Below, piece after piece: positions 14,519 to 28,357 of a DNA stretch of 64,000 bases. This DNA is from Paraspadella gotoi (lineage: Eukaryota > Animalia > Chaetognatha): the NCBI GenBank assembly GCA_051294375.1, contig CM119264.1:18631581-18695580 (forward strand). The letters are read 5' to 3'. The position numbers and the translations under genes were made by a program. Below the pieces are notes generated by a model. It ran no database searches. It was not told the DNA's origin and worked only from the letters and a program-made list of their open reading frames with translations. Each line of letters opens with the position of its first letter. The stretch's first letter is position 1.

Positions 14519-17500
14519 AATGTATCCATTTCTTTAAATATTTATATATTAATTTATTTATTATTTATTATCTTCTTTTTTCTTTTTCTCCTTTTTTCCT
14601 ATTTTTTCTTCCTCTCGCTACCTACATCCACTACCTACTGTTGGCAAACATTCGACGTTGACGGCAAATCTCATCACGTCATTTTTACGACGTCCTTCCC
14701 CTTTCCGCTCGCGCTACGAGGTTAAGGCGTGCTGCATCACGCCGCGCTTCACAAACTGGGTCAAACTATTCTCCCCATCAAGAACCTTTCGCAGTCTTTT
14801 ACTAGGTCGTTGTAGAAATGATAAAAAAAAAGCCAAGACACCGGTGAACTAGAGATTCATAGCAGTTTGAAAGGAGGGAACACCTCCGATTAACTGTGCA
14901 TCGATAGAGAGGTGCGGAATAAAACATCCACGCGCCAATAAATTTATTATTATTTCGACGCGTCGTAAACAAAGGACTCCCAGAGCGAGGCCGCGGCTTA
15001 CCTCCGCCTTGCGCGACGAGGAAAAGCTAATTATTGCCTCAATGTTATTTTCCGCGCGCGGAAACCTTGTGAAAAATCGAGGGAGAAAAAAAATAAATTG
15101 AAGGTTGGTGTGGGGTGAGCGTTTTTTTTTACCTTGTTAACAGTTTTATATATTTTATTCATCTTTAAACAAAAATGAAATAAATATCGGCTTTGGGGTC
15201 TTCAACGCAATACAATACATTGACGACAAAAATCTGTAATAGTTTCCCCAGTTAAAATGATAAATGACGATTTCTTCGATATTTTTTACGCTTTTTTATT
15301 ATTTTAATGAACTAATATTAAACTTACGTACACTTACAGTTTGATTTAAACAACTCGACAGTAAAATTTCTAAACAATCAATGGGATATTATCAAATGTC
15401 ATAATAACACTTGTATTTTAATCCTCACGTGAAAAACAGTGTCAGTAAGGTATATAAGTAATTACTGTGATATGTTAACGTTTCAAATCTATCTATTAAA
15501 TTCAATACGGTAAAATTTAAAAAACTTTATGGTGTGACGATAACAATAGGAGTGAGGTTAATGAAATTATTTTCCTTCTAAGATGTGAAATAAGTAATTT
15601 TTATCTTGAATCTCATTAATTTTTTTTTTTTTTTCAATTCTCTCCGCCCTGGTTGATTCATTCAAAAAAAATATTTCACACACACGAATGAACAAAAGTT
15701 CTTCATTATAAATTATAATTTAATCAGAGAATCAATACGTAAGCGCCCCTGCCATGGAACTCAACCGCAACTTGATTTTGCTGACGACAGAGTCGGTCGG
15801 CAAGTCGGGAGTTCCTCAGACCGACGTCAGCGCCATCGTGTCCACTCGTCACGTCGACACGCAAGGGCGCGTCCCTCTTCTCCTCATCGTGAGTCAAGGG
15901 GCTTTTCGTTTCCGGCCGCCGACTTTCATTTTCGCGTCGACAGAGCCGCCCACGACGACGACGACTATGAGGACGACGACGAGCGCCACTTCCAGGACGA
16001 AGAACGCGCCTGTGATTAAGGGGGTAGGGGTAAAGGGGGGTAGGGGTAAAGGGAGGGAGGATAATGGGGGAGAGTAAATGACGCGTGTGAAGAAGTTTTA
16101 TATCGTTTTTGAGTTTGATGTAGAGCGTGACGACTAATCGAATAAGGGGGAGAACAAAGATATTTAAAGTATGACGAAATCGGAAGATAAACGCTTCACT
16201 GTATTACGACTGACAGTCGGCGAGACGAGAAATGGTAAATGAAAGAAAGGAGTGAGGAAAGAAACATTAAAGGAAGGGTGAGAACCAGGAAATACGTGAG
16301 GGACTTAATATTGAAGAAAGAAGAAATGAGGCAAACGATTATGTGTAAAGTAACACAATTTTTGGTTCATTCAAACATTTAAAAGTTTCCAAGAATTGCT
16401 ACAGGATGAGGGACAGGAGATATTCGAGGGTACTCGGCATCTTTTAATCAATCACAATATTCTCTCAAACCATAACAGGCCCATGATCCGACCACATCGC
16501 CCACATCCATCGGCCTGGGGGGGCAACTCTTTTTGAGCTCTTTTCTTTACTTATTTTTCACTTACCTTAGCTATCCCTCACCACTTATTCTTTTATTTCA
16601 CTTTCATTTCTGTCTTATCATTTGTTATTATTTATTTCAGTTTAAGGTTAAGTTTGTCTACTTCAGTAATTGCTAATTTTATCTTTGTTGTACATTGGCA
16701 AATGTATTGATTTTTTACTCTCTCCCTCTCTCTAATTACCAGTTTCACCTCTCCCTCCCTGTCTTCAACTTAACTTTTCGCTCATAAAAGTCCAAACATG
16801 TTCGTGTTTCTATGTATGTAAACATCACAAACAAACTAATCGTTGAAGCCTAAATTTTCGTTTTTTCTTCTAAAAATTTGTTTTAAAATTTTCCCCCTTT
16901 TTCCGGAAGCAGCCGCGCGTGATCGAACTCACCAGAGTAAAAGATCTTGGAAGCCAGAAGATTGAAAGGCAAACCCGCTAAGATGGCGCCAGCTGAAAAA
17001 AAAAAGTGGAAACCAAGAAAACGGGTTAAAAGATTAAAAAATTGTCTAATCAAGACTATACAGTAAGGTTTTTTTTGGAAAGCTAGACTAACGTTGTTGT
17101 TTAATTTTAATCAGTCTAAATTTGCTTTATATTGTAAATAGAGTAGGCACGAAAATTTTCATGCAATTATACAATAACAATCTAGAAATCAATCATTGGC
17201 CTCATAATTCAATATTCATTTTGTGATTAGTACTTTTCTAAATCGCCTTCTTTCAGCATTGTAAGGAGATAAACAGACTTCGCTAATCGATCCCCGCTCG
17301 CTCGTAAATAAAATAACTTCCGGCGAACTAAAAAAACCCGGTCGGTCGTAGCGAAACACGATAAATAAGGGAAAGAAACCATTTTTTTGCGCCTGGAAAC
17401 TTCTAGCGCCGGATCTCTTGCCGAGACGCTTCAACGGAACTAGAAGGGGGCGAATTAAAGGAGAACGTATCAGAGGAAAGGAAGGAAGAACGAAGGGAAG

Positions 17501-17993
17501 TAAGAGAAGAAATCAGGGAGAAGGAAAGAACAAAAAAAAGGAAGAAATGATGATGGGTAGGGGATAAAAGGGGGAAAAAAAGGTTAATAAGTAAAAGTAA
17601 TTGTAGTTTTAGTTTTATTTCTTAAAAAGATCTCAATTCTGATAAATTTAAAACAATTTTATCAGGAATTTCAGTTTTATTTTATAATCACTTGGTCGTG
17701 TGCAATACCAATTGAGAAAAATATTTTTTACACTTCCATCAAACTAAAATATCATCTTCATTCAAAATTTAAGAGGATAAACTCAAAAATTGAAGAGTTT
17801 TGCGCGTCATCGATACAAGCTCCGCAGCAATAGAAACGTCAAACAAGATTAACAGCCTGGTTTAATAAAATAGACATTCTTTAACGTTTGTTCTAATTTT
17901 TACATTTTTAACTGAAAAAATATCAAAACCAAGTGCAAAAAGTAAAGCAAAAGGAAGCAAGGCGAACGTCAAAGAGAACCTCAAGCGAGGAGA

Positions 17994-19270
17994 ATGAGAG
18001 AAAGTCTGTCGGTTCACTTGGGACAGGCCGGGTGTCAGGTGAGAACGAGCGAGTTGTCAGGTGGAAACGAAGTCTGGCTAAAACTAATTAGCAAAGACGA
18101 TTTTGTCAGATTGGGAACGCCTTTTGGGAGCTTTATTGTCTCGAACATGGCATCCAACCCGACGGACAGGTACAACTACAGGATTATTTTAATAAAAAAA
18201 TTTTAAAAAAAGCGGTTAACGCATTTCGAACATTATTCACAGATGCTGTCGGACAAGACAATCGGCGGGGGAGACCATTCCTTCTCCACGTTTTTCAGCG
18301 AAACAGGAGTGAAAATAAAATCCATACAACAAAATATTTAAAAAAATATTCGATATATTGATGATGAATCTTGAGCCGTCAAATCTTTCAGCTGGAGACG
18401 CTCATCACATTAAAAGAGGACGCGGCAAATAACCACGCCAGGTTAATTTACCAAATATTCACTCTACCTTGAAAAATTGAGCATTTTCAACCAGAAACGT
18501 CGATTTAGTTGTGGATAGATAGACCATTGGCCGGAAATGCAAGGTACCATATCTGAGTCAAAGATTACTTAGCGGGTGAGGGTCGTCATCATCATAACAA
18601 ATCAATCCACTCAGGTTTTCTCGTTTTCCATTTATTCGGCGGCGCCACCGGAAGCGGTTTCACAGCCCTGCTGATGGAACGTCTCAACGCCGACTACGGA
18701 AAGAAGTCCAAGCTGGAGTTCTCGGTCTACTCATGTCCCCAGGTGGGAACTTTCTGCCTTCGTTATAATTCTTCGCTGAAACTTCAGAGAGTTGCTTTTT
18801 GAAAACTTCTCACTTCTAGAATTACTTTTTTTTGCAGATTTCGTACTCTTAGTGACGCACACAACCGCGTCCGCATATTGAACAACACCACCGCCATCGC
18901 AGAAGCTTGGGCCAGGCTCAACCACAAGTTTGATCTGATGTACTACAAGACAGCCTTTGTCCAGTAAGCAATAAGCGCCCAAAAGTTTATTGAACGTGAG
19001 GATTTAAATATTTATTTTATTCGCTTTGTAAATAGTTGTAAAAATATTGCCCATGGAATGGAATGAGAAACAACAATTTTGTTTTCAAATTTAAGGATGT
19101 TTCATTATTTCATTTTTAAATGAGTCTGCACAGGTATATGTAGGCGAGGGAATGGGAGAGGGAAAGTTTTCCGAAGCGAGAAAATATATGAAAAAGATTA
19201 CGAGGAAGTGGAAATGGATTCGGTGGATGTAGAGGGAGAAGGAATGAAGAGAGTGAAGAGTGAAAAGTAG
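17994..19270 (+). pseudogene. Unprocessed (intron-containing) alpha-tubulin pseudogene
   Basis: Exon remnants: MRESLSVHLGQAGCQ (17994-18038), [20 protein letters not shown] (18110-18169), [22 protein letters not shown] (~18243-18309), NLEPS/RQIFQLETLITLKEDAANNHAR (~18367-18441), [43 protein letters not shown] (~18615-18742), [27 protein letters not shown] (~18880-18963), YVGEGMGEGKFSEAR..KDYEEV (~19137-19270). It has several internal deletions and frameshifts and an altered GGGTGSG motif. Confidence 0.9.
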
Positions 19271-21679
19271 AGGGAGGAACAGACGGAAGGAGTTGGTCAC
19301 AAACAATTTCAAAATTAAAAAAAAGTGAACAACTGGAACAAGACACTAAAAGAGAAGTATCTCACAGCCATTGCAAAAAACAATAAAAATACTATAAAAC
19401 AAAAGTTAAACAGAAACAATTTTTTTTTAAATCGCATTTAAAGTATTGAATGTTTTAAAGTAACCTTGTTTAATGTGCATTTAGTAGACGTAATAGTAAG
19501 TTGTTTTAAATAAAAAATATGCAACATTGTCATCATAATTTTGTCAAGAGTTGAATTATATTCTTTCAATTTGTGTAAGGTAGTTATGCTTAATAAGTAT
19601 ATAATAGGTAAAATTTGAAAATAAATAATTTTAAATATTGATTCCAAACTTTCACTTTACCCGCGTATCCAGGCAACGAAAGCAAGTTTCTTTTAAATCT
19701 CAGGTCGACAAATGAGAAAAGGTGTCTGAGGAAGTGACGACGACGTCAATGAATAAGTCACGCTACTTACAGACAACTAAGACGATGATAAGAACTTGTA
19801 CTTATTGATAAAAAAAAAGGAAATCCGATAAAAAAAAACGCCTCGAACGGACTTGCGGTTTGGTTTTTTTCTTTGCGTCAAAAGAACCTCGACAAATTGG
19901 TTTTCTAGCTCTAACTCCAGCCCCCTCCTTTTTGGGGCTTGGCTTCTCGTCGTTTACAACCAGTTTTATGGCTTTAAGAAAAAATTAAGGTTCTGCGCTT
20001 CGTATTGAGAACGAAATGCATGGCATTGGCTGTTTTTTTTCTGTTGATGTCAACTGGCAATTTAATCAAGAACATCAATAGCTATTAAATTTTAAATTAA
20101 AAATATTATGGTAGTGATTGGGGGCAGCCTGAGTTCCCCAGGAGCGAAAGCCAGTTGTAAGGTCAGGGGGCATCGGATTGATAAACTTGTTATATTTAGA
20201 GGCACGGAGGCGGTTTTGGGATAGCGTCCAAAGTTGTTTCAAGTCAACTAAATGGAATAGTATTGACAAGTGAGGTGAATTCTTGGTTTTTTGTGCCATT
20301 CTTTTCTATATTTAACCAGATTTAATATTCTTTGTTGCGGCGAAAGGTGAAGAGAAGCTCTAGAAATGTCGCCCTCGAATGTGACATAATTCTCTCTGTC
20401 GCAGGTTTACGTCTTGTTTTCCGCTTTTCTCGTTTTCAGGTTCTTCTCTTCCTCCTTTTCTTTCTTAGTCTCGTCTTTCTGTTTATTTTCTTCTTCCTCT
20501 TCCTGAGACTTCCTTCCTCGATTCGCTTATTTTTTCTTTCCATTTTCACCTCACCCCGTCCTTTTCCTTTTCTACCTCATCTACCCAATTCATTTCATAG
20601 GCCTGTTCATAATAGTATATTACTTTCTTTGTCCTCTTCAAGTTCAAAACTTTTCATCGCATCACGCATCAAATTTTATCAGCCAATATCTAGTTTATAA
20701 TTCATTCTATAAACAGGTTCGATTGTTACCAGGCTCTGGAGTATTTCATTTTTCCCTTACTGGTCATCCTTGTAGTAGATTTTCCAATCCAACATTACTC
20801 TCCAATTCAGGCATTTTTTTTTTTTTTGTTAGGAAACTTTCAGTCGAGACTTTACGGTCTCTTCACCCTTTGTGAACTTCACTCCAATCTATCACCCTCT
20901 TTCATCATCCCCCACATCAACTTTCACCTCGAATTCATTCACAACGTCTTCCCTTCACTTCCGTATTCTCGTTCGCGTCATCCTCTTCTTCTTGGCGCCG
21001 CCTTCTCCTCTTCTTCCTCTCACACTTCATCCTTCACGTCTTCCTCGGTCACATTCTCCTCTTCCTCTTCCGGACGCTTCCTCCTCGACGAGTCATCAGT
21101 GTCCCTGGTGTTCGCATATGCACCAGCCAAAAAACCGATACAAACGCGACGTTGCCTTCAACCCGTGGTCTTCTCTCTCTCTCTCTCTGCTCTCTCTCTC
21201 TTGTCTCTCTCTCTCTCTCCGTTATTGGTTTGCGCTATTTCGTAACGACTCTAAAACAATGAAGGTAAAAACCGCAACCTATTAGTTTGTAGGAAACCTC
21301 GTATTAGAAAAATTTTATTTTCACAAATTTTTTTTAAAAAAACAACAACAAAAAAAAGATATTTGACAAAATGGAGTTTTTTTCATCGTTTATTAAAAAA
21401 AGGAAGAACGTTTTAAAAAATCGATGTCGACATTATTGTATGGGAATTAATATTCTGATTATATAATAAAAAGTTATTAGGTTGCCTAATTCTTAGTAAA
21501 TTATATTGCCTCATACAGTAAAAAAGTTTTAAAACAACGCAGTTTCTCGGTGGCCTTCGATATTTTTTCAGTTTCTTTTGAAAACGATAGCAAATATACT
21601 AGTAACGAACTTTGAAAACCGACCTAGAACGTCTAGTATGTAAAATGTACCTTATGGTAAACTCATAGTCATACTAGCA

Positions 21680-24600
21680 AAGGTAACATGAAATAATAAA
21701 AGTAATATCTTCCATCGAAAGATCGTTATAAATAAGTCAGGATTTCATTGATTATTCTCCTTGTATTCCGAAGAGCACGATTAAGGCGTTGTGCCATTCA
21801 AAATCACGAAAATCTCTGACTGATTAGCCAAGATATTTGGGAAATCCGAACATTCTCGTTGAGACGCCAAAGATTTTCATTCGACTACACTCATACGTCC
21901 GCAGGGAATTGAAGAACCTAACCTGAATGGAGACCCGAGCGCGAGAAGAGGGGACTTTTACGAACTTCTCAAGGTTAAAAGAGGCAAAGAGAAAGGAGGA
22001 AAGCAAAAAAAAAAAAATAAGTTAAAAAAAGGAGGCAAAGGAAAAAAAAGAGGTAAAAAATAAAAAAGGAGCGAGTCACGTCAAGACTTTCGAACAAAGA
22101 AGGCGCCTGGCTTGACAGAAAATCGAGAAGCATTGAAGAAAATCTTCTTTTTTTTGACACCACGAGAACCGAACACTTTCCGACTTGCGGAAGGCTGGTT
22201 TTTTTTTTCTTTTAAATAAAAAAAAGTGTAAATCCACTGCTAAATCAACTTCGATTAATTTCTGGTTTTGGTTAGCGTAATCGAGATGGTCACAAACCAG
22301 TAGTAAACACAGAACTTGGCATATTTTTTAGTGTTTTTTACACAACCCTGCAATTGTGGAGATGACGCGGAATTAATTAAAAAGCTCTCTCTCCATTAGC
22401 GATTTCCAATTCTCCCGCTATTCTTAATTGGGGAAATCGAAGAAAGGAAGTCGTTGATTCAAAGTAAGTGGCTTCTTTATCTTCACAGAGTAGGAATAAA
22501 AAAAGGAGGAAGAGAACGGAGGAGAAAAGAAAAAGAGAGTAAAGTCGAATCTAGAGTAATCATGAGTAAATGAGAAGAAGTAATATTGTATTGTTTTGTA
22601 GTCAGTTGACTTAACAGAGTATGTCCTTCTCTCTTCTCTCTTCTGTACCTTTTTTTTTGCTTTCATATTTTTTGTTTCATTCTCTAATTGTCAGTCACTG
22701 ATGATGATAAGAGAATATCTATTAGATCTATATTTATTCCATTTTTGACTTCATTCATTTTGTCTTTTGGTTTTTTTCCTTGTATTTCACATCCGTTTAG
22801 CTAATATATTGTGAGTTCATTGCTATCAAATTCAAGACCCTAATTTTTTAAACGTCATATCTCAAAAATAATTTAAATTGAATTTAATAATTTAATTTAA
22901 ATATTTAAATCATTTAATTTAATCGATTATGCCTCATTTCACAGAACATCGACCGATTTTAATTCAAATGTGCTAGCATGCGTATAAATTGAGACATCAT
23001 CATTTCCTTGGTTTTCTCGTTCTTATCATCTCCGGTTTTCCATCAGTTGAGGAAAGTTATTTTTTATGCAGTTATCTTTTTAAAAGAATCCCTGTAATGA
23101 TGTTCTTTACGTACAGCATGTAACACGAATAGATTAATAAGAGTCAATATTGCAACGAATACTGAGATATGGATTCATCTCTACTGAGTTCAAAATGAAT
23201 CAAAGCTTAAAGCGTTAACATAAAAATTTTGGTGAAGAGGGTCGGGTTCTTCATCGAGTTCGCATTTTTGTTCTTTGTCGTTCCGATCTCTCTTGCCCCN
23301 NNNNNNNNNNNNNNNNNNNNNNNNTTTTTTCATTCTCTAATTGTCAGTCACTGATGATGATAAAGAAATATCTATTAGATCTATATTTATTCCATTTTTT
23401 GACTTCATTCATTTTGTCTTTTGGTTTTCTTTTTCCTTGTATTTCACATCCGTTTAGCTAATATATTGTGATTCATTGCTATCAAATTCAAGACCCTAAT
23501 TTTTAAAGTCATCATCTACCAAAAATAATTTAAATTGAATTTAATAATTTAATTTAAATCATTTAAATCATTTAATTTAAATCATATGCTCATTTTCAAA
23601 GAACATCACGATTTTAATTAAATGCGCTGCGTATAAATTGAACATATCATTTCTTGTTTTCTACGTCATTATCATCTCCGGTTTCCATCAGTTGAGAAAG
23701 TTATTTTTTATCATTATCTTTTTTTAAAAAAATCTGTAATATGTTCTTACGTACATCATTAACACGAATAATTAATAAAGTAATATTTCAAATACTAATA
23801 TGACTTCATTTTACTATTTCAAAATGAAAAAGTTAAAGCGTTTAAATAAAAATTTTTTGTTGAAGAGGTCGTTCTTCATCGATTTTTTCTTTGTCTTCGT
23901 CATCCTTTTTGATGTCTTCGCTATCGTCTCCGTAAATACTCTAATTCCTTGAAATGTTTTTCCTCCAAGTTTTTTTTATTTGTAAATTTCATTCTCGCGC
24001 CGACGATTTCGCTCGAGGGAAAAGAAAAGCAAATCTGCACAAATTTTATTCGCGATTTTCATGAGTTTTATTTTTATTCGAGAATTTTCTTTCGCATTTC
24101 TCTTCGAGGAGATTTCAGAAATGGAAATTTAATTTTCCCGGCGCAGACTGATGTGGTTTTCTTTTCTTTTGAAGAACATTTTTTTCTTTCCATTTGTAAA
24201 AGAAGAGAAAAGGGAAAAAACAGCGTTATTGATCGAAAACTGGCGCGCCATCTTTGCATTTCTATGCACACGTCAGGTGTACGCAGAAGGAAAGTAAACA
24301 AAGAGCCTTCACTGCCATCTCTGATATAAAAGACTTTTCAATTTTTTCTCCCCTTTTTATTTCATTTCTTTTTTCTGTCTCTTGCGTATCCGCACGCGCT
24401 CACACTCTGGATTCATTTGAAAAGAGGGAGGGGGATAAAGAAAAGGGAGGATAATGGGGTAAGTAGAAGGGTAAAGAAAGGAAAAGGAGCAAAATAGGAT
24501 GTCAAGGAGGTTCGTCTATACCCCCAAGGGCCGACAAGAGCGTGAGGCAAAGAGAATNNNNNNNNNNTAAGTCAGGATTTCAATGATTATTCTCCTGGTA

Positions 24601-26480
24601 TCCGAAGAGCGCGATAAGCGTTTGCATTCAAATCACGAAAATCTCTGACTGATTAGGCCAAGAGTATTTGGAAATCCGAACATTCTCGTGAGACGCAAAG
24701 ATTTTCATTCGACTACACTCATACGTCCGCAGGGAATTGGAAGAACCTAACCTGAATGGAGACCCGAGCGCGAGAAGAGGGGAGCTTTTACGAACTTCTC
24801 AAGGTTAAAAGAGGCAAAGAGAAAGGAGGGAAAGCAAAAAAAAAATAAAGGTTAAAAAAAGGAGGCAAAAGGAAAAAGGAGGTAAAAAATAAAAAAGGAG
24901 CGAGTCACGTCAAGACTTTCGAACAAAGAAGGCGCCTGGCTTGACAGAAAAATCGAAAGCATGAAGAAAATCTTCTTTTTTTTGACACACGAAACCCGAA
25001 ACATTTCCGACTCTGCGGAAGGTCTGGTGTTTTTTTTTTCTTTTAAATAAAAAAAAGTGTAAATCCACTGCTAAATCAACTTCGATTAAATTTCTGGTTT
25101 TTGGATTAGCGTAATCGAGATGGTACAAACCAGTAGTAAACAACCAGAACTTGGCAATATTTTTTAGTTATTTTACACAACCTGCAATTGTGGAATGACG
25201 CGGAATTAATTAAAAAGCTCTCTTCCTCCCATTAGCGATTTCCAATTCTCCCGCCTATTCTTAATTGGGGAAATCGAAGAAAGGAAGTCGTTTCGATTCA
25301 AAGGTAAAGTGGCTTCTTTATCTTCACAGAGGTAGAATAAAAAAGGAGGAAGAGGAACGGAGAGAAAAGAAAGGAAGTAAAGTCGAAATCTAGAGTAATC
25401 ATGAGTAAAGATGAGAAAAGTAAATATTGTATTTTTTGTTAGTCAGTTGATCTTAACAGATATGTCCTCTCTCTCTCTCTCTCNNNNNNNNNNNNNNNNN
25501 NNNNNNNNNNNNNNNNNNNNNNNNNNNNNNNNNNNNNNNNNNNNNNNNNNNNNNNNNNNNNNNNNNNNNNNNNNNNNNNNNNNNNNNNNNNNNNNNNNNN
25601 NNNNNNNNNNNNNNNNNNNNNNNNNNNNNNNNNNNNNNNNNNNNNNNNNNNNNNNNNNNNNNNNNNNNNNNNNNNNNNNNNNNNNNNNNNNNNNNNNNNN
25701 NNNNNNNNNNNNNNNNNNNNNNNNNNNNNNNNNNNNNNNNNNNNNNNNNNNNNNNNNNNNNNNNNNNNNNNNNCTCCTCTTCTGTACCTTTTTTTTTGCT
25801 TTCATAATTTTTTTTTTTCATTCTCTCTAATTGTCAGTCACTGATGATGATAAGAAATATCTATTAGTCTATTTATTCCATTTTTTGACTTCATTCATTT
25901 TGTCTTTTTGTCTTTTTTTCCTTGTATTTCCACATCCAGTTTAGCTAAATATATATGTGAGTCATTGCTAATCAAATTCAAGACTCCTAATTTTTAAGTC
26001 ACAGTCTACTCAAAATAATATGTTAATTCGAATTTTAATTAAATTTAATTTAACAGTCATTTAAATCATTTAATTTAAATCATGTATGCCTCATTTCACA
26101 GAACATCCATCGATTTTAATTCAAATGTCGCCTCACATGTCGTATAATATTGAACGATATCCATTTCTGTGCTTTTCTCGTCATTATTCATCTCCGGTTC
26201 CGATTCAGTTGAGGAAGTTATTTTTTATCATTATCTTTTTTAAAAATCCTGTAATATGTTCTTTACGTACACATTAACACGAATAATTAGATAATAGCTA
26301 ATATGTTCAAATACTAATAATGACTTCATTTTACTATTTCAAATATGAAAAGTTAAGCGTTTAAATAAAATTTTTTGATTGAAGAGGTCGTTCTTTCATT
26401 CGAATTTTTTCTTGTCTTCGGCATCCTTTTTGGATGTTCTTCGCCTGATCGTGCGATCGAGCGTAATACGTCTAATTCCC
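21680..26480 (+). repeat. Tandemly repeated ~2.8-kb segment separated by N gaps
   Basis: 21733 onward (taagtcaggatttc...) recurs at 24568. 22674 onward recurs at 23325 and ~25815. Copies differ mostly by 1-nt indels. N gaps lie at 23300-23324, 24558-24567 and 25484-25773. Confidence 0.85.
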
Positions 26481-28040
26481 TGTACTGGATGGTTATTCAA
26501 TGTAAAAGCAGAATATCTGTCAGGAAGGAAAACATAGACTGGTTGGTGGGCATTGGTGAAAAGAAGTTAGTAGGCTAGTTGGACAAAGAAAGTTTGAAAA
26601 GGAGAATAAAAACGGAAAAGATTGTTAAACATACAGATGCACATATACATTATTTTATATTTATACACATTATTGATTTGANNNNNNNNNNNNNNNNNNN
26701 NNNNNNATCTCGTTGATGCCGTCGCGGAACGCCTCAAACGGATTTCTTTATTTAAAGCTCGTCGCTTTTGTTTTCTCAATGAAAAAGTATCTGATGTAAT
26801 CAGATTAACGCTTATTAACATATTTCACTACCTCGAACAGGATCACACCCCCCCTCGTTACGATCACATAATGATAGATAATCAAAATTAACTATAAATA
26901 AGTATATGATGCATAACATGTATGTTTAACATCTTTTCGTTTATTCCTCTATTTCAACTTGAATAGCCTATACCATTCTTTTCCCCTATACTACTCTCAC
27001 CAATGCCACCCAGATCTCACTGATATTTCACTTCCTATAGACAGATTATTCGCTATTACATTATAACACAGTATCCATTTTCCCTTTATTTTTCTTTCCT
27101 CCTTTTCAATTTCAACTATCTCTTTTGCCTCACGCTCTTGTCGCCTTGGGGGTATAGACGAACCTCCTTGACATCCTATTTTGCTCCTTTTCCTTTCTTT
27201 ACCCTTCTACTTACCCCATTACCTCCCTTTTCTTTATCCCTCCCTCTTTCAAATGAATCCAGAGTGTGAGCGCGTGCGGATACGCGAAGACAGAAAAAAG
27301 AAATGAAATAAAAGGGGAGAAAAAATTGAAAATGTCTTTTATATCAGAGATGGCAGTGAAGGCTCTTGGTTTACTTTCTTCTGCGTAACACTGACGGTGT
27401 GCATAGAAATGCAAAGATGGCGCGCCAGTTTTCGATCAATAACGCTGTTTTTTTCCCTTTTCTCTTCTTTTACAATGGAAAAGAAAAAAATGATTCTTCA
27501 AAAGAAAAGAAAACGCCACATCAGTCTGCGCCGGGGAAAATTAAATTCTCCTTTCTGAAATCTCCTCGAAGAGAAGATGCGAAGAATAAATTCTGAATAA
27601 AAATAAAACTCATGGAAGAATCCGAATAAAATTTGTGGCAGATTTGACTTTTCTTGTTCCCTCGAGCGAAATTTGTCGGCGCGAAAGAGATGAAATTTAC
27701 AAATAAAAAAAGACTTGAGGAAAAAACTTTCAAGGAATTAGAGTATTTAACGTGAGACGATAGCGAAGAATCAAAAGGATGACGAAGACAAACGAAAAAA
27801 TCGATGAAGAACGACTCTTCAACAAAAAATTTTTATTTAAACGCTTTAACTTTTCATATTTGAAATAGTAAAATGAAGTCATATCTAGTATTTGAAATAT
27901 TATTTATTAATTACTTCGTGTTAATGAATGTACGTAAAAATATTCAGCTTTTTTTTAAAAAAAGATAATCGATAAAAAATAACTTTATCAACTGATGGAA
28001 ACCGGAGATGAATAATGAACTAGAAAACAAGAAATGATAG

Positions 28041-28277
28041 TGTGTGGACGAACATTAGAACACGCCAACCTTGGTCAAACACATGAAACCTTACCACCTT
28101 ACCTCGCTCATATCCCAACTTAATTTATGGGGTCAAACGTTGACCTTTATGGTCAAGACGTGACCTTTGTAAACTACCAATTGTAGATAGACTTAGCTAA
28201 TCTGAGCATTTTGACTGTTTATTGTTTATAACGTTGTTGAAGATAATCATTCCTCTCTGCAACTTGTTGCGTCCACA
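28041..28277 (+). repeat. 5' LTR of the Gypsy element
   Basis: Starts TGT, ends ACA, and matches 33780 onward (aacacgc-aaccttggtcaaacacatga...tgacctttatggtcaa...tctgagcattttga). Confidence 0.85.
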
Positions 28278-28326
28278 CGTTTGGTGAGACCGAGACTGAA
28301 AAAAAATATAAAAAGCAAACAAACGA

Positions 28327-28357
<31 letters not shown>

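Noticed and set aside
21020-21145. Minus-strand IGFLAGAY... as the missing SLC37A4 terminal exon
   Set aside because: It is only a 5-residue match, is followed by hydrophilic sequence rather than TM helices, has no suitable phase-1 acceptor and lies 24 kb away.
25411-25830. ORFs spanning poly-X
   Set aside because: They run through an N gap.
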